Shown here: positions 63,980-64,000 of the stretch, piece by piece
How the letters are laid out: each line of letters opens with the position of its first letter
Numbering within the stretch: position 1 is the stretch's first letter
Origin: a virus
DNA length: 64,000 nucleotides
Virus record (IMG/VR): IMGVR_UViG_3300020048_000018
Span: 64,001 to 128,000 of that record
Strand: one strand, 5' to 3'
Made by a program: the position numbers and the translations under genes
Notes under the pieces: generated by a model
Told to the model about the DNA's origin: nothing
What the model saw: only the letters and a program-made list of their open reading frames with translations
Database searches by the model: none

Positions 63980-64000
63980 GTCTAAAATTAAAGTCTGAGA

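Noticed and set aside
1-64000. Alternative genetic code (stop-codon reassignment)
   Set aside because: Conserved enzymes are full length under the standard code and coding density is high. TAA, TAG and TGA all end genes.

Overview
AT-rich, densely coding segment of a large lytic tailed-phage genome (T4-like/jumbo style). It has no integrase, rRNA or CRISPR array. The phage call rests on a split two-subunit type II topoisomerase, dUTPase, thymidine kinase, NAD-dependent DNA ligase, two RNA ligases, Thg1, a GroEL-like chaperonin, Hsp20, free-standing GIY-YIG and HNH endonucleases, tail-fibre-like genes, a DUF932 protein and one tRNA-Cys. The host is inferred, by recall only, to be a spirochaete. 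About 1-34 kb is mostly + strand early/accessory genes behind a 10-copy sigma70-like promoter repeat. About 34-48 kb holds LRR/adhesin, tail and possible lysis genes. About 48-59.5 kb is a minus-strand replication/chaperone block, and 60-64 kb is + strand again. Top leads: (1) PncA plus PncB, a possible Preiss-Handler NAD-rebuilding route, both behind the same early promoter class; (2) a nicotinamidase-vWA-HAD-PP2C-kinase (TerY-P-like) cluster; (3) two coiled-coil membrane proteins encoded in overlapping frames, spanin-like but with no lipobox; (4) an output-less receiver-PAS-PAS protein; (5) an antisense three-gene membrane cassette; (6) an unannotated 59-aa peptide that is 58% acidic; (7) three distinct intergenic promoter-like motifs. 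All functional calls are from motif recognition by eye; no searches were run.
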